A stretch of 64,000 nt of DNA from Psammoneis japonica (lineage: Eukaryota). The stretch covers positions 248,001-312,000 of the forward strand of contig QPGO01000014.1 in NCBI GenBank assembly GCA_008632985.1, written 5' to 3'. Positions 34,666 to 47,723 of this stretch are shown here, in pieces (within the stretch, counting starts at the first letter, position 1; the number at the start of each line of letters is the position of its first letter). The notes below the pieces were generated by a model that did no database searches, was not told the origin of the DNA, and saw nothing but the letters and a program-made list of their open reading frames with translations. A program made the position numbers and the translations under genes.

Positions 34666-35440
34666 TCAGCGCACGCGCCCTCCACACTCGGCGTAAACTT
34701 CTTTTGTTTTGGCGGCCGTAACTTTTTGTGTCGCTACAAGGGCCGCTATGAGATCACGCTCGTTCCAACCACTCATGACTGCAATGTTGATTCTCATGTG
34801 TTCAGCATCGGATGGAGTGCTGTAACCGCCAGACGTCAACAAACAACAGTCAAAATTAACCAATTGATCGAACTCCTTTTCTTTGGGTCCATCGAGGAAA
34901 TATCCCCATTCTTCGCTACCGTTTTCGTAGCCAAAATCCAGAGCAGAACGAGCAATGTCTTCAAGAGAATACCGTATCCGAAGAAAGGTGCGTGAGCCTA
35001 ATCTGTACGGTAGAGTGCTTCCATTCTGTCCTGGGAGGATGAGAAAACTTCCCTTTCATAGCGGACGGGTACAGCGCGGCCAGAAAACATGATGCTGATT
35101 TGTCAACCCCGGCGCTGCCAATGAGCACATGCTTCCTTCCTACAGGTTTCCCCACCAGTTCTCGAAAGACAACTTGTGTTTCCTCGGGCACACACAACGT
35201 TTTCGGTAAAAAGTTGCTTATTCCGCACTCCGCACACACCGTGTTCAACTCGGAAAGAGAGCCTCTGTCCTTCGCCAGCCTCTCATCATCAGCTTCGAAT
35301 GGTGATCCAACAGCAGTGGCTTCAAGTGTGATCGAAGTAAATTCGAAAGGGTTGGCACGGTGGCGAATTCGGTTCAACGTGCTGTGGTCTGTTGTTGGTT
35401 CAGTTCTTGTGTCGCGTATGAGTGCGTCGCGTCGTGGTGC
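34666..35440 (-). pseudogene. Fragmented P-loop NTPase of Crinkler/RHS-like type
   Basis: LCVPEETQVVFRELV...VLIGSAGVDKS (degenerate Walker A) and downstream LLTSGG...SGW...YAECGGRVR in another frame. Confidence 0.5.
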
Positions 35441-35860
35441 TTATGGGGCCACACTTCTTGAAGAACGGATCAAACAGAGCGTCACCATGTTCCGATGGCA
35501 TCAACAATTGTGATGGATTCAATACAGTGTATTCAATAACTGCTGGACTTAGAATGAGTCGCCATGACATGGCCATGGCCAAGCGATCTGTTGCTCTGCG
35601 GACAATGCGATTGAAATTTCCAGTGCGCTGCATTTTCTGTTTCACATGGATGGATGGACGGACGGGACATTCTAGAATGACTACCGCCCGTTACATCATA
35701 CTTAAGCCCTTCGGCCCTAAAGCTTTTTGCTTTGTACTTCTACTGTACAGTAAATGGGCTGAAACAACTTGTAAAGGGAGGACATTTTGGGAGTTTCCAC
35801 AAGTCACAATATTCCATTCCATGGCTAGCAGTTAGTAATGGACGTTGATTGACAACCACC

Positions 35861-37079
35861 ATGGGACTCTCTCTAACCAGCATCCTCGGTTCAGTGTCAG
35901 TGCTGTCAGCATTCTCTTGCGGGACCACCAATGCTTCTTTACGTGCCGCCCTGCTGAATGTGAAAGAAAGGGATCTTGGCATCTCTGACGATGTGATGTA
36001 CCATTACAGCATCGACATGGACGAAGATGTAGATGTAGGAGGACCGGACGACAACGACAATGGGCCTTCGGAAGGAGTTGTCGTGTGCATTGAAAAATCA
36101 ATGGCATCAAACATGAATAACTTTGCACAAAAGTATTATGCTGAGTACGCTCAGTATAAAGAAAACCACGACTCCAATGGCATTGGGCAGTTGTTGCGCG
36201 ACGCTGAAGACGAGTGGGCGATAAGCAGAATCTTATTCAACCAAGGGGAGGATAAAGTCTCAATGACCGTTGTCAATGATGCTACTGCACGATTAAGGGT
36301 GTTTGTTGGTGACGAACTCGTTACCAAGGAGAAGGTTGTATTAGAAGACCGTCCAGTCGATGAGATCGCGGATCAGCTCGTCAAAGCGGCTTTCTCTCAA
36401 GGAAAAATAAGGGAGAAAAAACGGGAAAAGTAGGAAAAGACGCAAGTTCACCCTCCACGTTAAGGCTAACTGTAACTTATGTCTCAACGACCACGAGGCG
36501 CCCGAACCAAGTTTTGAAAGCTGGATGAATGAGTTCCTCAGACAAGTTATAACGATAGACTGTGAGGAGGTAATGTTTACAAGAACAGTTTTCTCTAAAG
36601 AAGTGAATGGGGTTGTGATATCCGCAAGTGCTCCAAATTATCACTACAGTGCGGTCCTTTCAAGGGAGAAAAGAGAAGAAAAGCCAACGGTTGTGAAAGA
36701 CAACAAGCTCACGAGTAGCCCAACAGGATATTCTTCTACACTCAGTCCAACTCCATCACCGACATTGCCTGTGAAGATTCTCAAAGAAGTCCATAAAGCA
36801 AAGGCAAAGTCAACAAGCCCTTCCACTTCTTCCATCATCAATGGCCATGACTGTTTGACGAAGTATGGTAGCCGTCGTGCCAGAATATGTGGCGCAAACG
36901 ATTCGCAGTGCACATTTCACATTGTTTTGGGCGGTGGGAAATGCCAAAGTTACTGCAAGAAACGCGGTGGTGAATGTCTTTCAGCCGAGAAAGCGGTCAA
37001 TGAGAGCTGCACCTATGGGGGAGAATCGCACGGTTGCAAGAGGAAAGAATTATCTGCTATCTGTACCTGCACATTGTAG
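35861..37079 (+). CDS. Secreted protein with C-terminal Cys-rich domain; one frameshift in an A-run at ~36420
   Basis: Signal-like MGLSLTSILGSVSVLSAFS. Removing one A from gagaaaaaacggg joins ORF 35849-36433 to the open frame GKSRKRRKFTLHV...MNEFLRQ. Confidence 0.6.
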
Positions 37080-37939
37080 CTTGTCAAGAACGAAGATTGA
37101 GGAACATTCTTTGAAGGCAGCCTACTCTAGCTCAAACGAACAACATGATTATCTTCAATACCCAAGGAGTCGAGATCGTAGTCAAATATGTAACACCATA
37201 GCGCCAGACGAGATCGAAGGCGGTTAGCGCTATATCTATGATTTGGTGAATACCTATACAGCATGCTAATGACGGCACACAAATTGTGAATAGCTGCAGC
37301 GCGGCCATAAAAATGTATCGTTTTGCACCGCTGGCAGGCACTCCAGCCGCATTCGTCTCTGCAGAGACATTGTGTTCCTGAGATCACCAGCAGCTTTTTT
37401 TTCTTCCCAACCTGTGTGAGTTGGGTCAAAACTGCCTGAGGTTTTGTGCTTTCTCCTGTCAAAGCACGCGCCATTTCCTCTCTCTCTCTCTCGAACGAAC
37501 TCTCTCTGCTTTTTCCAGAGGCCTCAGAACAATGACTCAACTTGGCCCCAAAAGCAAAGCAAAAAAAAAAGTTCAATCGGGGGGGGGGGGGGGGGGCAAG
37601 AACTCAATCAATCAATCAACTCAACGATTGCCAGTTAATGCTGGCACCCTCTACGGACTTTTGGCCGGCTGGTTACAGGACTCTGCAGAGAAATGCTCCA
37701 GACTGGCATCTAAAGAAGCCTGTTTGAACAAGGCACACTTGATGTGCAATCAAGGAGCATCTCCGTCAGTTGACCTGCCTGAGCAGGGCCCCAGTGCAGG
37801 ATGCTGCACGGCTGAAATGGAGCCATTGGTTTTTCAGATTTGATGGAACAGGTCCCCGGCACAGCTGATGACTTTTAAACAAACCAAACTTGAAATCTGC
37901 AGCATGAGGTCCAAGTCAAAGGTGCAACAGTTGGGCATG

Positions 37940-40900
37940 CTCGTCTCATCCTCCTGTTGTTGTGCACAACAAAGTGGGCAAGGGTGAGTTGTCGTCATCA
38001 CTTTTTTTCCATGGGTTCATTGATTCAAGGCAGTGCTGCAACCCATTTGCACAGCACAGCCCTTTCCGCTTGTGGTTGCATGTCGACTCCCAGAGTCCTT
38101 GATTGACGTTTGTGGGTGGCAGCGACATTGGCAAGCTGCGACCATTTGAAGGTGTGGTCCCCAGACAGGAGTGTGACAAGTGTCCCTGAAAATGGCAGGC
38201 AAATTCCTGAGACAGTTGTTCTCTGCTGCAGTGAAAGTGATGACTTGCATGAGCATCCAGTTCTTGCACAGCTTGTTTGCTCAGTTGCAGGTGGGCAGCA
38301 TTGTTGCGGTGCTTCCAGAGGCATTGTGGCATTTCCACAAGTTGCTTGATCCATCTCTGCACCCAGTTTGCAACAGTTTTCCTGGATGCTCAAAGGCGGA
38401 AGTGTTTGTTCTGTGCAGTTGCCCATTCTTTGGTCATGCACCCTTCCAGGAGTCTGTCCCAGCCAATGACATGTTGCGCTGCAGTGGCCCTGTGCAAGGT
38501 TGGCCTGGTGAAGGGATTGGCAGTGGCTGGGAGATGTCTGTCATTGCACCATGCCTGAAGGTGATCTTGTGTGGCTTCAGCAAGTCCAACAGCAGTGTCG
38601 TTCTTGTCAATCCACTTGATGTGTTTTTGCAGGAGTTTGTTCCACTTGGCCATGGCCTCCAGGCAAACTGCTGTGTGGTTGGTGTTTTCATTCTCCTTGC
38701 AACATCTTGGACATCTGGAATGGTCCTGTGTCTTCCATTGCTGAAGCCATTTGCCAACACCGCAGATTCCAGTGGTGTGCTTGGCTGGCCATTGCCTGCA
38801 TCCTGTGCTGAGTTGGTTGGCTGCATTGTCTGTGGCACCCCAGTGTTGATGCAATGAAAGCTCTCTGGCATGAAGAGGTGTTTCTGATGGACCAAGCATT
38901 GCATCAGCTTGGTTCTGCAGATGTGATTGAACAGTTGTTTGGGCAATTTTGTGGAGAGCTTGCATCCCCCCATGCAAACCAGCCACATTTTGCCTTTGAC
39001 ATTGCACTGGCTGGCATGGTGATGCTCTGTTCCTTGTTGTGTGTTGCCACTTGGCTTTTGCAAGATTGTCCATCTCAATGTTGAGTCTGGTCCATCCACC
39101 CAGCTTGCATCTGGGTCACGAGTCTTGGTGTCCTTTGAACCACCAAAACTTCCACTTGACAGGGCTTTTTGTGAGCTTGTTTTTTGCTGCGCTTGGTGCA
39201 TCAAACTTGTTTGATCTTGGCATGACTCTCCTGCAAGGGCAAGAGGTCTTAAGGAGTGCTTGTTTGCCATTGCACGCTGTTTCTGCCATGCCGTCCTGGA
39301 TGCCTTGGTGTGCACAGATGTCTTTGACGGTGCAGATGATGGTGCGCAGGCCAGCAATTTCTGCTCAGCAAGATTCAACATTGCCTGGGTGCCCCGGGAT
39401 CACATTCGTTCCTGTGACATGATTGTTGTCCAAAGGTCCTCGCACAGTGAATGCAGATGTTCCGAGTGTGTCTTTTGCCAAGCCATTGCTTGCTGCAATG
39501 GCAGCTCTGTTGCATGTGGCATTGGCAATGCAGGCTGGGCTGTTGTCCAGGGCGATGCTGGAGTTGCACCATTGCTTTTCTGGTGGGTGTTGGAGTGTCT
39601 CCTTTCCTGGAGTGTGGCAGGTGTGGCAGCCTCATGAGTTGTTGGCAGGCATGGGGAGGAGCCCGTGTGGCAGATCCTCCATGTGTTGTTTCCTCTGTTG
39701 CAAATCCCAGTGCATTGCATGTCCTGGGGCGGGCGTGTTGCTTCTGCAGGGACAAATCACCTGTGATCTCCACAAGTGCATCTCCCACTTGCTGGGTGGT
39801 GTGAGCTGCCTCCAGCAGTCAGTCACCAGATGTTGACAGATGTGGTCTTCCATTGGCAAGCAGAGCCAGACCCATGACTGTTCTGTCACTTCCTTGTTGG
39901 ATGCTCTCATGCATGTGGCATGGAGAGCCATCCTCCACAGGCTCTAATTGGAGGAGGAGGGTGTGCCTTGGATGGGCCAGCGACATGGTGATTGAAAGGA
40001 GGGGTCAGATTTTTCACCCCAGGCTGACTCTAGAATGCTCTTCCCACCTCCTGATGTGATGTCCGCTGGGGTGGTGGCCCACAGGCAAGAGCAGCACCTG
40101 TTGAGTGCGGCCAGTTTTGCACCATGGAGCCCTTCATTGGCAAACCTTTCCATCAGGAAGGAGTTGGTTGCTTGTCTTTTCCGGAGTTGTGCAGTGTCTT
40201 CCTGGATGATGATGTTGTGCTGGGACATGAATTTCCACAGATGCTCAATCCAGGATGGAGTGGCTAGAATGCCGCACTTTGAGCATGGTGCATCAAGAAA
40301 CCTTCCGCTGACTCCAATTTCAAGCCTGTGTTTCTCAAGCAGCACTCTTGTCAGCTCTCCAGTGATCAAGTCTTGTTTCCTGTGCTTCACAAATGCTTTG
40401 ATGTGTTTCTTGAACATGGTGAACTTGATCGATTCAAATCTGAGACCTTGAAACTGTTTTGGGCCATGCAGGACTGCTCTCAGAAAGGAGCAGCGCAGGC
40501 CAGCTCTTGGCAGGCCTTGCCAAAGAATCGGAGCTTCGATGTGCTTGCATTCTTTGGAGGTCAGGGTGAGAGCTAGAAGGGGGCAATCTGGGGCTTTCCA
40601 GATTCACTGTGTGTCAGGGACAACCAGGCATCTGATTTCGAGAGGTGTCCAGAGAAGACCCGATCTGCCCAACTTTCTGCTTGCTTCTGGAGAGTCTCCA
40701 CCACTTTGTTGCAGTTCCTGTCAGGAGCTGGCCACACTCTGAGAGTGCTTTTGGCTTCGCTTGGGTCCAGCCAGGGTGTCATTTTCTTGTTTCTTTGTTG
40801 ATCCTGGATGCACATGTGTGGGTTGGTTTCATCGGCTGGATCGACAGTCTCTTCTGCACAGCCCCATTTCCCATTCTTCCACTCAAACTCAATCAAGTGC

Positions 40901-43900
40901 CACCAGCATTTGTCTGGTTGGAAATCACCTCAAGCGACTCTCGTGCCACCTGCAAAGCAATCCAGACCTTGCTGGGGCCTTCTTTCTTGGGAATGAGCAG
41001 GTCCACACCTTCTTGTCTCCATCTCTTTGGGGCCTGTTCCAGCTCCAGGTGCTCCGAGCGGGTTCGATTCCCATCATTTGGTAATTAACTTTTTCCAAAT
41101 CCGTTTTTTGCCAAATCGAAGGGCAAGTGTGCACTTTACATGCATTTTCGGGTGTACACTCACCTTTCGATTTTCGAAACGATCAAAATTGAAGGAGTTA
41201 ATTGCGCTAAACTGCGCAGAAAATCGGCCTCTCGCGTGATGAAAAGCAGATCACCTGGAGCTGGAACAGGCCTTGGAGCACAGCCCACGATGCAGAGGAA
41301 GTTGGCCATCGAGGTGTTCATTTGTGCAAGCAGTGGATCATCATTGCATGACGCTTGGAAGGGGGTGGGACAGAGGGCTGATGGACCTGCACAAATTTTC
41401 TCCTTGGCATGCTTCCATGAAGCTGTGTGTTCATCCGCAATGCAGGGAGGAGGTGGAGGGGTGCAGTTGTCTGGGTTTTGGAGTTGCAACACGTGTTCTT
41501 TGATGCACCCATTGGCACCATCTGGAACTTGGCAATTGCCCTCCAGAATGGCATTGGTGTGTTGTCTGATGCCCAGGAATTGAAGGTTGTTGATCACAGG
41601 TTTGGTCATGAGGTGGGTCTCTTTGGTCTGATGCAGTCTGTTCTTGCACTCCAGAAGGGGGGGGGGGGGGCACACTCGATTTCTTCTTTTTCCATGACTT
41701 CTCTGTCATCTTCCCCTTTGTGTTTCTCCAACAGCTGTGTGAGTGCTGCCCTGGTTGGCTTGCCTGATGCTCTGTTGACCCTGTGGTTCTGGTCCCATTG
41801 CTCTTCTTTCTGCTGCAGGACTCTCAGTTGTCTTTCTTCTGTGGAGTTGTTGGCCTTGGCCAATTGCTCTGCTTGTTTCTCTGAGAATGTCTTCCTGTGC
41901 TTGCTTGCTTCTTGGGTGACTTTGTGGCGCTCTTTGCACCTGAACGTGAGCCCTTGTTTCAGTTGTTTGAGGGTGAGGTTGTGAGCTTTGAAAAGTCCTT
42001 GCATTTCTTTTCCAGTTTTCTGATTTTGCCAAAGCTGGTCTTGAGTTTTTTCCTGCACTGTGTCAGGGCCAGGTGCAGCTCCATCTGATTGGACACCCAC
42101 TTCAGCTTTGGTGGCCAGGGCACTCTGCCTCATCTAAGTTTCCTGCATTTTCTGTTGGCCAGCCAGCAGAACCCTTCAGTCCTGAGATCATTGGTGCATT
42201 CCCATTCATCTGTTTGATTGGGCAGTGGGAGACAGGCCTCATTCTTGGCATGTGTTTCAGGTGTGCCTGTTGCTGGATGACTCCTTTGTCCACCAGATTG
42301 GATTTGGTGGAGACAATGAATTGGGAGTGATCAGGCATCAGCCTTGCTGAGGCTTTCAAGGGTTGGCACTCTTGTTGGACTTGGCAAACATCTTCTGCAG
42401 AAGGGGTCCCCAGCTGCATCTGCGTCTTTGGAGTCAATGTTGATGTGGTGCGCTTTTGGCTGGGGATGTCCATCCAGCATGGCATCGGCTGGTTTCATGA
42501 CTTTTTTTGCCCTCAGTTCAACCGGCTTGCCAAGAAGTTCTCTGATCCTGTTCTCCATCTTACTCAAGTCAATCTGATTTGACATCATCACAAGTCACCT
42601 GCAGCACTTGGCATGTTTGGCTCCTTGCGGGGTCTCAGGATTCATGTGTCCATCAAACAAGTCCTTGAGAGTGAACTTGACAGTGTCCACCAGTTTGTTT
42701 GTGTCCATGTTGGTGCTGAGCCAGATGTCAAGCCAGCCATCCTTCTCAACATTTGGCTTGAGTTGGCAAAGGTGTGTCTTCATCCAGGCGAACGGCATCT
42801 TTTGGAGCTGATTCTTGAAGGCACCATCCTTCTGAGTGATGGGTTTGTTCTTGACACCACCAGTCTACATTGCCGCCACTGTGCTGCTGTCACCTGTGAG
42901 TTCACACATTCTGTCAATCATGGACCCAAATTTCCTGCCCAGTGTGACCTCTGCATTTTCTGCCTTGTTCTTCTTTTGCAGTTTTTGCCTGCTTGAGGGT
43001 GAATCTGATGAAGCAATTCCATTGGATCTTCTCTTTGGTTCCTTTCTTGTTTGTGTTGAAGATCGGGGCTGTCTTGGTGTTTTTCTTGCTTGTTGCATCA
43101 TCCTTTTGTTTTTGTGTTTCTGCTGTCATTGTTTCAGCTTTCTCCTTTGCCTTGGTTGAGTTTGCTTTGGTGTTCTTCTCATTTTCTTTGGGTGGCAGTG
43201 CTTCTTTTCTGTTCTTTTGTTTGTCTTTCTTGCTTGATTTTTTGTCATTGTTCTTGAGTGTGCTCTTGGTGTCACCTGGTTTTGTTCCAAGAGCGACACA
43301 TGGTGGGGTCATCTGGCACAGTTCAGCGGCCTTTGGCTTTGTTGTCTTGTGTCCATCTTCAGGTTGTTTCTTCTCTGGTTCTTGTTGCTTGATTTCCTTG
43401 TTGTTCTCTTTGGGATTGTTGTTTCTGGTGTGGTTGTTGAGCATGTCCTTTGGTTCCATGGCATCAATTTCCATGTCTTTGGTGGGATTGGGGTCACTGG
43501 CATCTTCATCTTGATCAGATTCCAAGTCGCCATCTTTCTTCATGTCCACCTTGTGAGGCTCCTTCTCTGGTGCTGCCACTTTGACTGCTTTGCATGAGTC
43601 CATGTCCTCAGGTTCATCTGAAGATTTGGGCCCCAGATCAGGGTCACTCTCATCTGGAAGGAAAGGAACTGGGTCCTTCTTTGGCAGTGGCTTCACTCCA
43701 AGAACTTTGCATGAGTTGTGTTGCTGGCATCATTGTCATCTGCCTGGCTGCTCTCCTGCTCTGAGTGGCAAAGGAGCTCATCATCATTGCCCACTTTGAC
43801 TTCACTGATGGAGTCACTGGAGCTCAATGATTTGTCAGAGGAGGAGTCCAAGGATGATGAACTGGAAGAGGATGAAGAGGAAGAGGAAGCAGAGCTGGAA

Positions 43901-44350
43901 GCAGAGACCATGAAGGAGTTGTCTTGGCTGATTTTTCCCTTCCTTTCTTCTGCTTGCTGCTCTTCTTTTTCTTCAGGGTTTTGTCTGCAACCTTGTTGCC
44001 TGTGCTGTCAAGGTTGTTGAGGACAAGCTTGTCAATGGGTGCTTCATCGGTGGTGTGCCAACTTTCACACACCTGGGTGTCTTTGTCTTTTTCATCATTG
44101 TTGAGAGATTTGAAGTGGCTCAACTTGGTCATTCCTTTGGGGGGTGATTGCATGAAGCTGTCATCGTCTGAGTCCACCTCCTGTGTGACAGCAAGTGTTT
44201 TTGCTTGATGGTGTTTTTTAGGGTCTTGAATCCATCACAGTCTTTGTTTTTTGTGATTGCATCTTTGGCTCCGCTGTCTTTGGTGGAGGAATCAAAGAAC
44301 TTGATGATGAGAGGTTGTTTCATTTTCATTGTTTTTGCTTGCTTTTCTGG
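37940..44350 (-). mobile_element. Degenerate Ambal-like LINE (ORF1 ~44330-42330; ORF2 with partial RT, RNase H, zinc knuckle)
   Basis: Fragments GCAP/KRWRQEGVDLLIPKKEG, IEFEWKNGKW, LRVWPAPDRN, WFKGHQD, CPRCCKENENTNHTAVC, IGWDRLLEG and LWKHRN. Many stops and frameshifts. Confidence 0.8.
41031..41272. mobile_element. 242-bp MITE with perfect 21-bp TIRs inserted in the LINE RT
   Basis: ggcctgttccagctccaggtg (41031-41051) and cacctggagctggaacaggcc (41252-41272), flanked by ttgg on both sides. Removal restores A-P-K-R-W. Confidence 0.9.
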
Positions 44351-45849
44351 GGAGAGTTCATTTCATCTTTGCTGGCTGATTTCTTGCAAGGAGAAAGAGT
44401 GCCCTTGTGTTTGGTGCAACCGCTGGGGGTCATCATCATGGTGCTGAGACAAGGAAGGACATTCCTGGGCAAGAATCAGTGCTGGATCTGCGTGAAGAGG
44501 TTGGCAACTTTGTGCACTGATGCACACTGGAAAAGCGGGGGTGGTGAGAACTCAGAAGAGACACCGTTTTGCACATTGCCAAGCTCAGCTCCTTGGGCAT
44601 CTCCCAGCATCCAGCAGCCTTTGCATCAAATGCAGGATGCAAAGACAATGTCAGCTGGGTGCACAACAAGTGCAAAAGTGCCTCAAAAGGCACTTCCCCT
44701 CAGAAGATGTTCAAATGTTGGAGCTGACAAGACTGACAGAAAGACTTCTGGTTTTGAATCTTGTCCATGTCCTCATGGTTTGATCATTGAGAACCAGGTG
44801 CTGTGCCACTCCCATCAACTCCTGCACACTGACACCTTTGCATGGCACACCTCCCCATCCAAGAGCAACCTCTGCCATTCTTGAGTCCATCTTGCACCCC
44901 AGCTCTGTTGCCCACCCGCTTGCCCACAGAAACACCATCATGTCTGCCCAAGGCACATCCAATGGTCACACCAGTGGCAAATCCAACAAGAAGCATGCAA
45001 ACAACTCCACCCCAAATGGCAGCATCTGCCCCACTGCCAAGGTTGTCACCAAGAAGTGTCGACGTTCCCACAGAGGAACACATGTGAAAGCAACCAGCAC
45101 GACTTTTGCAGTGTGGTTTGTGCGCTGTGGAAAGAGGGATCTCCTCATCCTGGCAAAGCTGTCAATGGCAGAAGCTTTCTTTCTTGTGCAAGCAGGAGTT
45201 GTGGCTTGTGCAGGAGAAACCTCTTTTAGCTGAGGCAAGTTGCACTGTGGTCACTCCTGTTGTCATGGTGTGAGCCCATGCAAGCAACAAAGAGTGCTTG
45301 GCTGAGTTGCCTGGCATGAGAGCTTGCAGTGCAATGTTCAGGCCTGTGCTCACAAGCACACTTTGTGAGAAATGACAAAGCTCCAATTGTGGGTGTCAGA
45401 TCACAATGTGACAGAATGCAAGCTTGCGCAAAAACAGGCTTTGAAGATGCTTTTTTCCTTGACATGTGTGCTGCACTGACATCAAACTCAGACCTGCCCT
45501 GCAAGTTTAGACCTGGGAGTTGAACTCAGAGGTTGAGCAAAGGAAAAGACAGTCTCTGTGGGGTGGGTCCTGAAGATGGCAGTGGGGAAGAGTGCTGTGG
45601 GTGAGTCTGGGGTTTGCAACAGAGAATTTTTTGCCCTTGCTGGCGGCATGTTGAAGTGTGCTGTGAAGGTCCATTGTGCTGCTTGCCTTGCAGCAGGCAG
45701 GGCTGCAGCTGTGCACCATGCTCCACCCCCAATTTTGGTGCCTGTGTGTGCATTGCAGAACAATCTCTGCCTGTCAGTCTGTCAGCACCAACCCCAATCT
45801 CAGAAGACCTTGGTGGGTCAACAAAGGCCACCATCACCCACTTCCAAAA

Positions 45850-46100
45850 TTGCAAATCTGCTCATCTTTTTCAACAAACATGTCATTGATGAAAGGCTGC
45901 AAGGTCTCCACATGCTGTGCATCCTCAAGGGTGGAAGCATCAAAGAACCCAAAGAATGCTCAGGCACCCAGGTCAGAAAGCGCCAGCTTTTCAGCTCCGA
46001 TGGAAAGATGCAAAGCATGCCATGTCCTGTGATTTGCACATTGAGAGGGCCATTGTGGATGTTTGTTTTGAGCTCTTGTTGTCTTCCAGCAAGGCTTGTC
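45850..46100 (+). mobile_element. Probable Copia RT fragment
   Basis: LKGGSIKEPKECSGTQVRK and AMSCDLHIERAI resemble Copia LKxxSIKEPxxYLG / MSSxxYVxxAI with Tyr replaced by Cys/His. Confidence 0.45.
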
Positions 46101-46720
46101 AAGAAAACCCCTTGATGCCAACAAGCTCAGGATGGCAAAACTCAGCTGCGCTGACATTGTGGCACCAGCTTTGACTCTGTCATCCCACATTTGAGAAATT
46201 TTCATCCTTCACAGAAAGGAAATTGATTTGCAACTCAAACTCCCCACCAGTGTTGGGCACCTTTGCTGTGCAAATGGGTCCAGACTTTGTTGCTTCTCCT
46301 CAGCGCAGGTTGCAAAAGTGGCGCTTGGCCGCTTGCTCTTGCTCGCTCCTCTTGCACTTGCTCAAGAGACTGCCCACCTTTGTTCTTGATTTGTTGGACC
46401 AGGAATTTGCCACACACAGTCACATGTGTGGTTGCACAGAACTTGCACTTCCAGCCATGCAGTCACAAGCTTGTTTCAACATTGCATGAAAGAACAGTCA
46501 GCAGCACACCCACACATGGACGCTGCTGCGCTCTTGCGTCTGTTGTTGCGTGCGGTGCGGTCATCATAGTTCAACTAGTGCGGCATGACGGTCCATCCGT
46601 CTGACGGATGTTAGGTGTGGTTTGCTCTGGGTCGTGTGTGGTGTGTGGGGCAATATTTTTTAGAAAAAAGACCCGTACATAAAGGGCTTGTTCTACCGGT
46701 ATGCTGTATGTATGTACTGA

Positions 46721-47511
46721 GACCCTGTCCAAACTGGACCATACCTCCTATGTACATACCTGACGTCATAGAGCCGAAAATGAGCCTCTTCCAAAAAATT
46801 AGTGGTTATTAGCCCTATGCATGACGTAATTTTAGGCCATACGTACTTTGGTGAGGAACCTTGTTCTGGTCAGAACAGGGTTCCTCGGAAATAGCATACG
46901 GTACCCCAAACACCATACCCCCGAGTCGACACACGAGACGACCCAGAAGTAGCGTTTTTGATGCAACGAAAGTGCGTACATATGGCTGTATCTTTTCCAA
47001 GAACAACCCACAACCTTCTCATATATGAGGCACTTGCTCTGTTTGGGTCGCTTTACGTGCCGTTCTTGTCTCATCACGACGCAACATTTTTCCTGAACAT
47101 TCTCTCAATCAATCCGCGGCAGATACTCATACAGTGAAGTTGTTTATACATAAGTCATACATAATTTTAATATTATGATCGATTTTTATCCTTTACTTGG
47201 CTTGTTGTCGCCTTATGGCTGCGTTCTCGTCGTCATGGAGGCATCTCTCTCGTCGTGTGTTTTTGTTCTGTTTAATTCCAACTTCATCGATGTAGTTAGT
47301 TTAATACCCTGGTTAAATGATCAACCTCCATCACTGATAAAATATGTAGAATCAGGGTTGTAACATATTCGTGTATGGATGAAGTGGGGGTATGCATAAA
47401 AGTATGATGCAGTTTGGAAAGCACTGCATAGGTATGACTCTGTGACGTCCGCAAAAAGGCTTCGTGACGTCAGGTATGTACATAGGTGTATGGTCCAGTT
47501 TGGACAGAGTC
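46721..47511. mobile_element. 791-bp non-autonomous DNA transposon, ~50-bp TIRs, 3-bp TGA TSD (Harbinger-like)
   Basis: TGA|gaccctgtccaaactggaccatacctcctatgtacatacctgacgtca ... tgacgtcaggtatgtacataggtgtatggtccagtttggacagagtc|TGA. Confidence 0.9.
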
Positions 47512-47723
47512 TGAAGAAATCGGCAATGACCAGACAATGACTGGTTCCTCGACCATCACAAAATTAACCCTTGATCGTAAATCTTGTGGCGTAATTTTTC
47601 AGGGAGTCAGGAGGGAGTAACGCAATTCCTCCTTTTGCAACGCTACTACAAAGCTGTCGAATCTATGCATTGCAGCAAAACACGTGTACACGACATACTT
47701 GAGTGTTCCTCGCGAAGCTGACC

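Noticed and set aside
37320..46560. Dense overlapping short ORFs in all six frames (also 21.7-27.6 kb and 54.5-64 kb) as novel Cys/His-rich genes
   Set aside because: They are a by-product of losing TAA/TAG stops and Tyr codons in mutated TE relics.
46574..46610. Hairpin catccgtc-t-gacggatg followed on the minus strand by CTAG|T, resembling a Helitron 3' end
   Set aside because: No matching 5' end or Rep/helicase sequence was found, so it is insufficient alone.
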